A stretch of DNA of 64,000 bases from Alphaproteobacteria bacterium (GTDB lineage: Bacteria > Pseudomonadota > Alphaproteobacteria > Rickettsiales > SXRF01): NCBI GenBank assembly GCA_025362975.1, contig JANYES010000028.1:640-64639 (forward strand), read 5' to 3'. Shown here piece after piece: positions 8,218-16,167 of this stretch. Below the pieces are notes generated by a model. That model made no database searches and was not told the origin of the DNA. It saw only the letters and a program-made list of their open reading frames with translations. Both the position numbers and the translations under genes were made by a program. Within the stretch, counting starts at the first letter, position 1. Each line of letters starts with the position of its first letter.

Positions 8218-9324
8218 TTAGCCTTTCGCGACCTGTTTGGTTTCGCGAAGGTTTTCCACCGTGGCGGATACCGTGTCCAGACCACGCGGCTGGGCGAGTT
8301 CGGCGAAGCTGACTTCGGTGAAATCGCCCCGGCGGAATTTGGTGGTGGCGAGGTCGTAGCCTTTGGCTTTGGCATACTCGGCGGTGAGTTTCATGCCTAA
8401 TTCCGGATTTTTTGCTACGACGATGGGATAGCGATCTTTGCCGTCCTGGATTTTGTCGGTGGGCCTGCCGTCTTTGCCGGGTTTGAGCACGGGCATCACG
8501 GCCACGAACGCGCCGCTTTGCTCAGCGATGTTGGCGATGGCGGCGACGTCATGCAAGTTCGGGTGTTCCTGATAATAAGCCTGCGCTTTGCCGGTGGCGA
8601 CTGCAAGGGCGCTCTGGGCCACGCAGCTTAAGTCGAGTTCTTTGGATACCATCTCCTTCATGGTGACGTCCATTTGGGCACGTGCCGCTTTTTCGATAAA
8701 GCCCCCAATCACGTGTTTGGCGGTCGTGTCGATGGCTTGCGTATTGAGCGGGGTTTCGGCGCCGGAGTCCATTTTGGTGACCGTGGTTTGCTTGCCTTCT
8801 TCGGCAATAAAGAGGCGGCCGGTGAGCTGTTCCGGCGTGTCTTTTTCCGACGATTCATAAATGGCCGAAGACACGGTTTTCCATGACTCGTCCGGCTGGC
8901 GTTCCTGAATGGCGATCATGGTGCCCCAGCCTTTGCCGTCGACGGCTTCTTCAGTGTTGGAGCGGTGTTTTTTTAAGAAATTGCTGGTGCCGTCGATCGG
9001 GTCGACGATCACGCGGGTGTTGGACTCGGCTTCCGGCAGCAGGCCTTTGATCTGGTCGAGGCCTTCTTCTTCGGCTACGGCGCTTACTTTTTTGCCCGCA
9101 GCGGTGAGTTTATCGGTGAGCGTCTGCACGAAAATGAGCTGCGATTGCCCATCGGCGACGGAGAGTGCGGATTTATCGTTTTTATCGGCTTTATTGGCAA
9201 CGATGGAATGGGTCACGCCATTGAGTTCGACGGTATCTTCCCCGGCGACAAGCGCCTTCTGAACTTTAACGATGAGCGGTACGCCAGCCTTGATGGTATC
9301 CGTCAGAATTTCTTTATGTGCCAT
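8218..9324 (-). CDS. IMPase-fold phosphatase family protein with C-terminal extension
   Basis: 368 aa. AEEEG...VIVDPIDGTSNF...LHDVAAIANI are the three IMPase-family motifs. About 80 extra C-terminal residues have no recognised domain. Confidence 0.75.
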   Translation of the reverse strand: MAHKEILTDTIKAGVPLIVKVQKALVAGEDTVELNGVTHSIVANKADKNDKSALSVADGQSQLIFVQTLTDKLTAAGKKVSAVAEEEGLDQIKGLLPEAESNTRVIVDPIDGTSNFLKKHRSNTEEAVDGKGWGTMIAIQERQPDESWKTVSSAIYESSEKDTPEQLTGRLFIAEEGKQTTVTKMDSGAETPLNTQAIDTTAKHVIGGFIEKAARAQMDVTMKEMVSKELDLSCVAQSALAVATGKAQAYYQEHPNLHDVAAIANIAEQSGAFVAVMPVLKPGKDGRPTDKIQDGKDRYPIVVAKNPELGMKLTAEYAKAKGYDLATTKFRRGDFTEVSFAELAQPRGLDTVSATVENLRETKQVAKG

Positions 9325-9444
9325 GCAGTCCCCCCTGAATTAAATTGTGGGGGAAGGTTAACATAAATTAACCATACTTGCAAGTATGAAAAAAGGTTAC
9401 CTGAAACCAATGTGTATTCTTAGTAACCAATTGATTATAAAAAA

Positions 9445-9848
9445 TTGCCAGACAGCCTATAAGCCGGGTTCTGTCCCTTATTGCTAAGGGGATGACCATT
9501 CATCTTGGACGCTGGTCGCCCAGCGCCTCACGCGACCTACCCGGATAACTAATGCGCGGAACACGCAGCTATCCCTATTTGGTCTTGCTCCCGGTGGGGT
9601 TTTCCCTGCCACGTGTGTTGCCACACGCGCGGTGCGCTCTTACTTTAAGCCCGTTCTGGTAAACCAGTCTGGGCCGCACCATTTCACCCTTACCTCATTT
9701 ATGAGGCGGTATATTTTCTGTGGCACTTTCCCTAAGGTTGCCCTCGGCGGGCGTTACCCGCCACCGTGTTCCGTGGAGCCCGGACTTTCCTCAAGCCACC
9801 CTTACCATAGGTTTGGGCTGCTCGCGGCCATCCGGCTGTCTGGCAGGT
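9445..9848 (-). ncRNA. rnpB: RNase P RNA, bacterial type A
   Basis: The reverse strand contains the universal GAGGAAAGTCCGGGCTCCA (P4) and ACAGAACCCGGCTTA elements. P1 pairing is GCCAGACAGCC (9447-9457) with GGCTGTCTGGC (9834-9844). Length is about 400 nt. Confidence 0.9.
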
Positions 9849-9887
9849 GGGGTGTACACTATATAGCCTGGAGCCGCAAGCGGCGGC

Positions 9888-10052
9888 TTAGCCCTGCCAA
9901 CCCTGCTTGCGGGCGAAGATTTCAGCTTCTTCCTTGGCGCGCTTGAAGTCTTTGAACTGTGGGGTGAGTTTGGTTTTTTTACCGGCGTAGACAACGGTTA
10001 CCTGTTTGGTGATATCGTTGTAATCGAAGGTCATTTCGTCTTTGTCGGACAT
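9888..10052 (-). CDS. small hypothetical protein (54 aa)
   Basis: Below the ORF-track size cut-off. ATG at 10052 gives MSDKDEMTFDYNDITKQVTVVYAGKKTKLTPQFKDFKRAKEEAEIFARKQGWQG, stop at 9888. Protein-like composition, but no strong RBS seen. Confidence 0.5.
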   Translation of the reverse strand: MSDKDEMTFDYNDITKQVTVVYAGKKTKLTPQFKDFKRAKEEAEIFARKQGWQG

Positions 10053-10115
10053 TTTTATGCTCTTTTTTGAGGTTAGGCTCAGGTTTCTAGCTTATTACGG
10101 GGCAAGTCGCAAGGC

Positions 10116-10460
10116 TCACGTGCTGTATTTCGACAGTAGCCACATGGTAAGCGCATATAATGACATGGTAATTACGCATGCGATGGCCAGCGCCAGCCAG
10201 AAGCTGATGCCTTGGCGCAACAGCGCAGGGAAAATCAGGAACATCGGCAGCGATGGTAGCACATACCAGAACGTGGCCTGCGAATGGGAGGCGATGCGCT
10301 CGATATCGGCCGTGTCCTGCCACAACCAGATAATACCCAGAACCGAAATCAGCGGCAGCGACGCGATCAATCCGCCGATAGCAGGGCTGCGCCGGGCGAT
10401 TTCAGATACAAGCATGACGATGATGCCCGATAGCGCGGATTTAATGGCGAGATATAGCAT
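10116..10460 (-). CDS. small integral membrane protein (DUF3147-like)
   Basis: 114 aa from the internal ATG at 10460, which shares one base with the amidase stop (TGATG). Four hydrophobic segments. Confidence 0.7.
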   Translation of the reverse strand: MLYLAIKSALSGIIVMLVSEIARRSPAIGGLIASLPLISVLGIIWLWQDTADIERIASHSQATFWYVLPSLPMFLIFPALLRQGISFWLALAIACVITMSLYALTMWLLSKYST

Positions 10461-11263
10461 CAGAGCGTGGCTTTCAGCATGGTTAAACGCAGCGCGCATT
10501 CGCGGTCCCAGATGCCAGTAAGGCGCGCCGGGCAGAAATGGCGCTGGAAAGCGGTGATGGCTTTAGGCAAATCGGCGATATCGTAACCGAAGGCATTGAG
10601 CGCGTCGGCGAGTTGCGCTTCATCGGGCAGTTTGCCGGTGGCGGCGCGGTAGAGCGAAGCGTTGCCGCGATGGGCAATCAGTAATGACCAGCGGCTCGCG
10701 CATTGCCGGTTAAACAGGCTTAGTATATTAAACAAACCCCAGAGGATGCCGCTGAACCCTTGCGCCATTTGTTTTTCCTCGGGCCATAGGCCGATGCCCT
10801 GATTGGCAAGGCCCTTCCAGTCGAACAGCTCGCCGGGATCTTCCTTGCGTACCGGCGCGATGTCGGAATGGGCGACGATATTGCGTTTTGGAATATCGTG
10901 GCGCGACAGGATGTCCTTGCACAAAAGCGCCACCGATTCCATCTGCGCGTCCGGGAATGCCCGGTAGCCGAATTCATGTCCGGGATTGACAATCTCGATG
11001 CCAATAGAGCGCTGGTTGATGTTGGTGTTGCCGCGCCACTGGCTCACGCCCGCGTGCCACGCGCGATTTTCTTCGGCGACCAGACGGTAGATATCACCGT
11101 TTTCTTCGACGACGTAATGGGCGCTTACTTTGGCTTCCGGGTGGACCAGCCGCGCACGCGCTTCCGCGCCGGTTTTCATGCCGGTGTAGTGCAACACCAG
11201 CATGTCGATGGGTTGGCCGTTGCGCGAATCGTGGTTGGGCGAGGGGAGGTCAATGTTGTTCAT
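10460..11263 (-). CDS. N-acetylmuramoyl-L-alanine amidase (AmpD-like, amidase_2) with C-terminal peptidoglycan-binding-like domain
   Basis: From ATG 11263: MNNIDLPSPNHDSRNGQPIDMLVLHYTG...AHYVV...AWHAG...IGIEIVN. The C-terminus ...AITAFQRHFCPARLTGIWDRECALRL resembles a PG-binding repeat. The start overlaps the upstream stop (ATGA). Confidence 0.85.
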   Translation of the reverse strand: MNNIDLPSPNHDSRNGQPIDMLVLHYTGMKTGAEARARLVHPEAKVSAHYVVEENGDIYRLVAEENRAWHAGVSQWRGNTNINQRSIGIEIVNPGHEFGYRAFPDAQMESVALLCKDILSRHDIPKRNIVAHSDIAPVRKEDPGELFDWKGLANQGIGLWPEEKQMAQGFSGILWGLFNILSLFNRQCASRWSLLIAHRGNASLYRAATGKLPDEAQLADALNAFGYDIADLPKAITAFQRHFCPARLTGIWDRECALRLTMLKATL

Positions 11264-12132
11264 GTGGCTTCCCCGAGCATGATGGTTTTCGGACGGCGCA
11301 TCACGATCACCGCCACACCCACGATAGTGACGAGGCCGCCGACGATGACTTGCGAGGTGAGTTCTTCGGTAAAAAATACCTGCCCGCTGGCGATGCCGAA
11401 GACGGGAGTCATTAAGCTGTAGGGCGTTACTTGCGACACAGTGTAGCGCGTGAGCAGGTTGTACCATAGGCCGTAGGCGATGATGGTGGAGCACACGGCG
11501 GTGTACATCAGCGACACCCCGGCGCTGAGCGGCAAATCGGCAAGGCGCGGCCAGACGGGTTCGAAGATCAGCGACAGCGCGAACAACATTGGCACGGTGC
11601 ATAGCCCCATCCATGCCAGCATCGACATGCTCGACATGCCTTCGATTTTCTTGATCAGCACATTGGCCACCCCCCATGCGAAGCAGCTCAGCATCGCCAC
11701 CCAGAAGCCGAGCATATGCTCGGCGATATTGGGCGTGCCCGCGACGATCATGGTTCCGATGATGGAAATCATGATGCCGCTGAGGCGATACCAGCCAAGG
11801 CGATCCTTCAGGAATATCGCGCCGAAGATGCAGGCGAACACGACGCCCATCTGGCCAACCAGCGCGCTAGTCGCAATGTCGAGGCCATGATAAATAGCGG
11901 CGAAGATGAGCGAGAAATGCAACGTGCTCATGGTAGAAAGCACCGCGATCTGTTTGAGCTGCTTGCCTGTCGGACGCTTGACGAACGGTACCAGCACGAG
12001 CGATACGAAGGTGAAGCGCAGGGCGGTCAATAAAAACGGCGGGAAAAACGCCACGCCGAATTTCGCCGCGACGAAATTGCAGCCCCATAGCAGGGCGACA
12101 AGGATGGCGAAGAAAATATCGATCGGGCGCAT
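11260..12132 (-). CDS. EamA/DMT-family transporter
   Basis: 290 aa, about ten TM segments in two EamA-like halves. Confidence 0.85.
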   Translation of the reverse strand: MRPIDIFFAILVALLWGCNFVAAKFGVAFFPPFLLTALRFTFVSLVLVPFVKRPTGKQLKQIAVLSTMSTLHFSLIFAAIYHGLDIATSALVGQMGVVFACIFGAIFLKDRLGWYRLSGIMISIIGTMIVAGTPNIAEHMLGFWVAMLSCFAWGVANVLIKKIEGMSSMSMLAWMGLCTVPMLFALSLIFEPVWPRLADLPLSAGVSLMYTAVCSTIIAYGLWYNLLTRYTVSQVTPYSLMTPVFGIASGQVFFTEELTSQVIVGGLVTIVGVAVIVMRRPKTIMLGEAT

Positions 12133-12134
12133 GG

Positions 12135-12905
12135 CTAACCGCGGGCGAGGACGCGGTATGCGGCGTTGATCTCGGCTGATTTGAGTTGCAGCAGCATGAA
12201 GACTTCAGGCGAGAGGTCCTGCCCGGCAAAGCGGTCGGGATGGTAGGAACGCATTAGCTCGTGGTATCGCTTTTTAAGGGCGCTGGCCTTGATTTTCGCG
12301 GTGACGCCGAGCACCTGCACTGCTTGCGCGCTGGTCAGGTTCGGGTGGGAATAACGGGCGCACATGTCGGAAAAATCGGATGTCGGGATACCGAGGCCGT
12401 GGGCGATGGCGCCCAGCATGCGCTCGCTTTCGCGGGTGAGCGTTCCTTCGGTGGTGGCGATGCCGAAGAGGCGCTCCATGAGCGAGGTGAAAAGTTCCGG
12501 GCGGTCGGGGAAGATATGTTTAATCTGGCCGACATAGTGTTCTGTTGGCGTGGTGTTGTTGCAGGCCAGCGTAAACAGCGAGCGGATTTTGCCGCACATG
12601 TTGCCCTTGAGCGGGAAAGAATCGCGGAAGGCGACATATTTATCGCGTGTCAGCTCGCCATCGGCGCAAGCGACTTTGGCCGAAAGCGCGATGACGGAGA
12701 AAGTGAACGACAGACTACGAAAATCGGAATCGCCGTCATACTTGCCGGAAAGTATCGCGTCGACCACGTGTTTGGGAAGGCGACGCGAAGATTTAGCGGT
12801 GAGGCCCTGCATGCGGTAGCGCATGCCGGAAAAAAACGGCAGGCCAGCGCTGCCAAGAATTGGCCAACGGGAAGTCCGGAGATTGTTTTTGCTGGGCTGC
12901 GACAT
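12135..12905 (-). CDS. DnaJ-domain co-chaperone with TerB-like N-terminal domain (DjlA-like)
   Basis: C-terminal J domain with the HPD motif (RSYHPDRF). Central TerB-like segment VIALSAKVACADGELTRDKYVAFRDSF. Confidence 0.8.
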   Translation of the reverse strand: MSQPSKNNLRTSRWPILGSAGLPFFSGMRYRMQGLTAKSSRRLPKHVVDAILSGKYDGDSDFRSLSFTFSVIALSAKVACADGELTRDKYVAFRDSFPLKGNMCGKIRSLFTLACNNTTPTEHYVGQIKHIFPDRPELFTSLMERLFGIATTEGTLTRESERMLGAIAHGLGIPTSDFSDMCARYSHPNLTSAQAVQVLGVTAKIKASALKKRYHELMRSYHPDRFAGQDLSPEVFMLLQLKSAEINAAYRVLARG

Positions 12906-12940
12906 GCTGGAATCTTACGACAATTCGCGCGCGTAGGATA

Positions 12941-13264
12941 CTATTTTTTATCGCCGAAAAAATGGGCGCTCGCGGCGGTTTCGAGCAAGGTGATTTCCTG
13001 CATCACCTCATTGCGCGAGACATCGATGTTGGCGGCTGCGAGGTCGGCGGTGATTTTGTCGCACAAGGCACTTATGTCAGCGCCTAGGCGCTGCTCGATA
13101 AAGGCGTCGGCGTATTCTTGCGCATCGGCGTAGGATTTACCGAGTTTTTCGGCGGCCCAGAGGGCAGCGCCACTGGCCGTGCGGGCGTGGACTTTGAAGT
13201 CCAGTTCTTCGTCATGGGCGAATTTGGTTTCGCAGGCCTTCTCGCGTTCGTCAAAACTGGACAT
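12941..13264 (-). CDS. DUF1476 protein / F1-ATPase inhibitor zeta-subunit family
   Basis: 107 aa. The N-terminus MSSFDEREKACETKFAHDEELDFKVHAR closely matches the Paracoccus zeta subunit N-terminus (MTTFDDRERAHEAKFAHDAELNFKAEAR, from memory). Confidence 0.85.
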   Translation of the reverse strand: MSSFDEREKACETKFAHDEELDFKVHARTASGAALWAAEKLGKSYADAQEYADAFIEQRLGADISALCDKITADLAAANIDVSRNEVMQEITLLETAASAHFFGDKK

Positions 13265-13398
13265 GAATATCTCGCTTTCCCATTGAAATTACTAGGATCC
13301 TGCCTATGTACGAGTTATATGCCTTTTTTGGGCGTTATGCAATATTGCAGTGCAAGAGAATTTGCTTTATGACTACAGCCTGACCCTTAGGACACCCC

Positions 13399-14241
13399 AT
13401 GCAAATCAAAAGAAAGATATTCAAGATGCCACCGCGCAAACCCATTTATGAAGGCAAGGCCAAACAGCTTTTTGAAGGCCCGGAACCGGGCACTCTGATC
13501 CAGCATTTCAAGGATGACGCGACCGCATTCAACGGCGCCAAAAGCGGCACCATCAACGGCAAAGGCGTGCTCAATAACCGCATCTCGGAATACCTGATGC
13601 TGCGCCTCCACGAAATGTCGATTCCGACCCACTTCATCCGCACGCTCAACATGCGCGAGCAGCTCATCAAATCGGTGCAGATCGTCCCTCTCGAAGTGCT
13701 CGTGCGCAACTATGCGGCGGGTAGTTTCGCCAAACGCTTCGGCGTTCAGGAAGGCAAGCCGCTGGGCCATCCGATAATCGAATATTGCTTCAAAAACGAC
13801 GCGCTGAACGACCCGTTCGTCACCGAAGAACACATCTTCGCGTTCGGCTGGGCGACGCCGCAGGAAATGGACGAAATCCGCATGTATGCGTTCCGCATCA
13901 ACGATTTCCTTTCGGGCCTGTTCATGGGCATCGGCATCCGCCTTGTCGACTTCAAGCTGGAGTTCGGCCGCTTGCAGGAAAACGACCGCGAACAGATCAT
14001 CCTCGCCGATGAAATCAGCCCGGATAATTGCCGCCTGTGGGACATCAAAACTGGCCGCAAGCTGGACAAGGACCGCTTCCGCCAGGATCTCGGCGGCGTG
14101 GAAGACGCCTACCGAGAAGTGGCGCGCCGCTTAGGCGTTCTGCCGCAGGAAGGCGACAGCTACGTGATCGAAGTCAACGCAAAGGCACCGAAAGTTTCGA
14201 TCAAAAAATCGAAAACGGTTGCCAAGAAGAAAAAGAAATAG
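13399..14241 (+). CDS. purC: phosphoribosylaminoimidazole-succinocarboxamide synthase with lysine-rich C-terminal extension
   Basis: [31 protein letters not shown]...[11 protein letters not shown]. An alternative ATG at 13426 is equally plausible. The tail is [19 protein letters not shown]. Confidence 0.95.
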   Translation: MQIKRKIFKMPPRKPIYEGKAKQLFEGPEPGTLIQHFKDDATAFNGAKSGTINGKGVLNNRISEYLMLRLHEMSIPTHFIRTLNMREQLIKSVQIVPLEVLVRNYAAGSFAKRFGVQEGKPLGHPIIEYCFKNDALNDPFVTEEHIFAFGWATPQEMDEIRMYAFRINDFLSGLFMGIGIRLVDFKLEFGRLQENDREQIILADEISPDNCRLWDIKTGRKLDKDRFRQDLGGVEDAYREVARRLGVLPQEGDSYVIEVNAKAPKVSIKKSKTVAKKKKK

Positions 14242-14253
14242 GGAGTTTTCACC

Positions 14254-14496
14254 ATGAAAGCAAAAATCCACATCACTCTCAAAAACGGCGTGCTCGACCC
14301 GCAGGGCCGCGCCATCGCCGGTGCGCTGCACAACATGGGCTTTTCAGAAGTCGAAGATGTGAAGCAGGGGAAGTATATAGAAGTCGAAGTCAAAGAAAAA
14401 GACCGCAAGAAAGCTGAGGCTGCCATTGAAAAGATGTGCGCTGGCCTTTTAGCCAACACCGTCGTTGAAAATTATAAGTACGAGCTGATCGACTGA
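14254..14496 (+). CDS. purS: phosphoribosylformylglycinamidine synthase subunit PurS
   Basis: 80 aa. MKAKIHITLKNGVLDPQGRAI is the canonical PurS opening. GGGAG RBS. Confidence 0.95.
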   Translation: MKAKIHITLKNGVLDPQGRAIAGALHNMGFSEVEDVKQGKYIEVEVKEKDRKKAEAAIEKMCAGLLANTVVENYKYELID

Positions 14497-14539
14497 GATG
14501 TTCCACTGGAATGTAGCACGAGCTTGAGGGGACGAGACG

Positions 14540-15019
14540 ATGCAGGAACCAGATCACTTAATGCCTACCGATATCGCCGGGATGATGCCATCAGCGCAAT
14601 CGCCGGTCGCTCAACTTTCCGACGCGGGGAAGAAAGCGCTGAGTGCCATGCGCGAGGTGGTATTCAAGCGTCAGGAGGCCGAGCAGGATACGGGGATTCT
14701 GACATCCGCGGTGGCATTACTCTTTAACATGCCGCTTAACGATGAGGGCACATTGCTGCCCAACGCGCAGGTGATCGGAAAGACATTGCCTGAGCAGATC
14801 GATACGTTCCTTGAGCATGTCGATAAGCTGTGCGTGCATATCCGCGCCGACGAACCGTTCAACATCAAGCAGATGCCGAGCGTGCGCGGCCAACGCGATG
14901 CTAAGGAATATGTGACAGGGCTGCTGGATGCGTTGAACTACGAGGTGCACGCCGCCTACCGTGCGGAAAGCCTGCGGATGGAAAAGCTGCATCGTCGCGG
15001 CGAGGAAGCGCAGCGCTGA
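14540..15019 (+). CDS. hypothetical protein inserted between purS and purQ
   Basis: 159-aa ORF with a GAGGGGA RBS and host-like codon usage. No family recognised. Confidence 0.65.
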   Translation: MQEPDHLMPTDIAGMMPSAQSPVAQLSDAGKKALSAMREVVFKRQEAEQDTGILTSAVALLFNMPLNDEGTLLPNAQVIGKTLPEQIDTFLEHVDKLCVHIRADEPFNIKQMPSVRGQRDAKEYVTGLLDALNYEVHAAYRAESLRMEKLHRRGEEAQR

Positions 15020-15396
15020 TGGAGGAACAGGCGCAGCCAGCAGACCAAAATAAGCATTTGAAGGACATGATGACGATGCTCGGCGCCGTGAAGCGCCCGT
15101 ATGACACCAGCAATATCGCAGCGCGGCTAGCCAATGAAATATACTGCGGCGAGGCCGGGGTTTTTTGCCACATGCTGGGGATTTACCAGTATGAGCTTCG
15201 CCCGGAGGAACACCATGCACAGAACATGTTTCCGGACGACGAATTACTGATCGACGGGCCGCTGCGCGAAGAAATGGGTTTGCGCAAAGCGCTGAAAGAC
15301 GCAGGTATTGCCAGCGGCGACGCCAGCGCCAAGGAATTAGTCCGACAGTTTAAAGCCAATGTGAAGGCCATACTTAAAGAAGCATATCGCCAATAG
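15019..15396 (+). CDS. hypothetical protein inserted between purS and purQ
   Basis: 125-aa ORF whose start shares one base with the upstream stop (TGATG). No family recognised. Confidence 0.65.
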   Translation: MEEQAQPADQNKHLKDMMTMLGAVKRPYDTSNIAARLANEIYCGEAGVFCHMLGIYQYELRPEEHHAQNMFPDDELLIDGPLREEMGLRKALKDAGIASGDASAKELVRQFKANVKAILKEAYRQ

Positions 15397-15408
15397 GAGT
15401 TAGAAGTT

Positions 15409-16062
15409 ATGAAATCCGCCGTTATCGTTTTCCCCGGTTCCAATTGCGACCGCGACGCTAAAACCGTTCTTGCCGCCACGGGCCTTGCGCCGGTGATGGT
15501 GTGGCATGGCGACGCGAGCTTGCCGAAGGTCGATCTGGTGATGTTACCGGGGGGATTTTCGTATGGCGATTATTTGCGTTCGGGCGCGATGGCGGCGCAC
15601 TCGCCGATCATGCGTGAAGTGAAGGTGCATGCTGAAAAAGGCGGGCTGGTGCTTGGGGTGTGCAACGGGTTTCAGGTGTTGACCGAGGCGGGTTTGCTGC
15701 CGGGCATTCTGCTGCGCAACCAGAGGCTGAAATTCATCTGCCGCGAAGTGTCGCTGAAAGTGGTAAGCGTCGCGACGCCGTTTACTAAGAAATATACCAA
15801 AGGTGCTACGATCAACGTGCCGGTGGCGCATCATGACGGCAATTATTTTGCCGACGACGCCACGCTGAAAAGCCTGCAGGACAAAGACCAGATCGCGTTT
15901 ACCTATGTTGAGAACCCGAACGGCTCGCAGCTCAACATCGCCGGTATCTGCAACAAGGCCCGCAACGTGCTGGGCATGATGCCGCATCCGGAACGTCACT
16001 CCGAGGCGCTTCTCGGCGGCGTGGACGGCGCCACGCTGTTTACCTCATTACTCGCAGCGTAA
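15409..16062 (+). CDS. purQ: phosphoribosylformylglycinamidine synthase, glutaminase subunit PurQ
   Basis: 217 aa. [23 protein letters not shown] (nucleophile Cys) and MMPHPER. AGGAG RBS. Confidence 0.95.
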   Translation: MKSAVIVFPGSNCDRDAKTVLAATGLAPVMVWHGDASLPKVDLVMLPGGFSYGDYLRSGAMAAHSPIMREVKVHAEKGGLVLGVCNGFQVLTEAGLLPGILLRNQRLKFICREVSLKVVSVATPFTKKYTKGATINVPVAHHDGNYFADDATLKSLQDKDQIAFTYVENPNGSQLNIAGICNKARNVLGMMPHPERHSEALLGGVDGATLFTSLLAA

Positions 16063-16081
16063 TTTTTCCCCCAAAACGAAA

Positions 16082-16116
16082 AAAGGTCACTCCACGGAGA
16101 GCGGGGAGTGACCTTT
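16082..16116. terminator. bidirectional hairpin between convergent purQ and the MCP gene
   Basis: AAAGGTCACTCC (16082-16093) pairs with GGAGTGACCTTT (16105-16116), flanked by an A-run and a T-rich stretch. Confidence 0.6.
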
Positions 16117-16167
16117 CCTTAGGACGCGTGATGCTTCCCTTGGTTCGTCCTCAGGACGCGATGCGTG

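Noticed and set aside
9357-9372. A possible CtrA box (TTAA-N7-TTAAC) in GGTTAACATAAATTAACC. I also looked for similar TTAA pairs upstream of ftsZ, ftsA, ftsQ and lpxC.
   Set aside because: The spacer here is 6 nt, not 7. The other TTAA pairs have spacers of 3, 11 or 13 nt. None fits the CtrA consensus.
9632-9994. Track ORFs 9632..9946 (+) and 9791..9994 (-).
   Set aside because: Both lie on top of the RNase P RNA gene (universal P4 and P1 elements present). The P/R/S-rich products look non-coding.
10460-11677. The 405-aa version of the amidase ORF, extending upstream through the eamA gene.
   Set aside because: The first 137 residues are R/H-rich and overlap the EamA transporter in another frame. 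The amidase homology begins at MNNIDLPSPNHDSRNG (ATG 11263), which overlaps the eamA stop in an ATGA arrangement.
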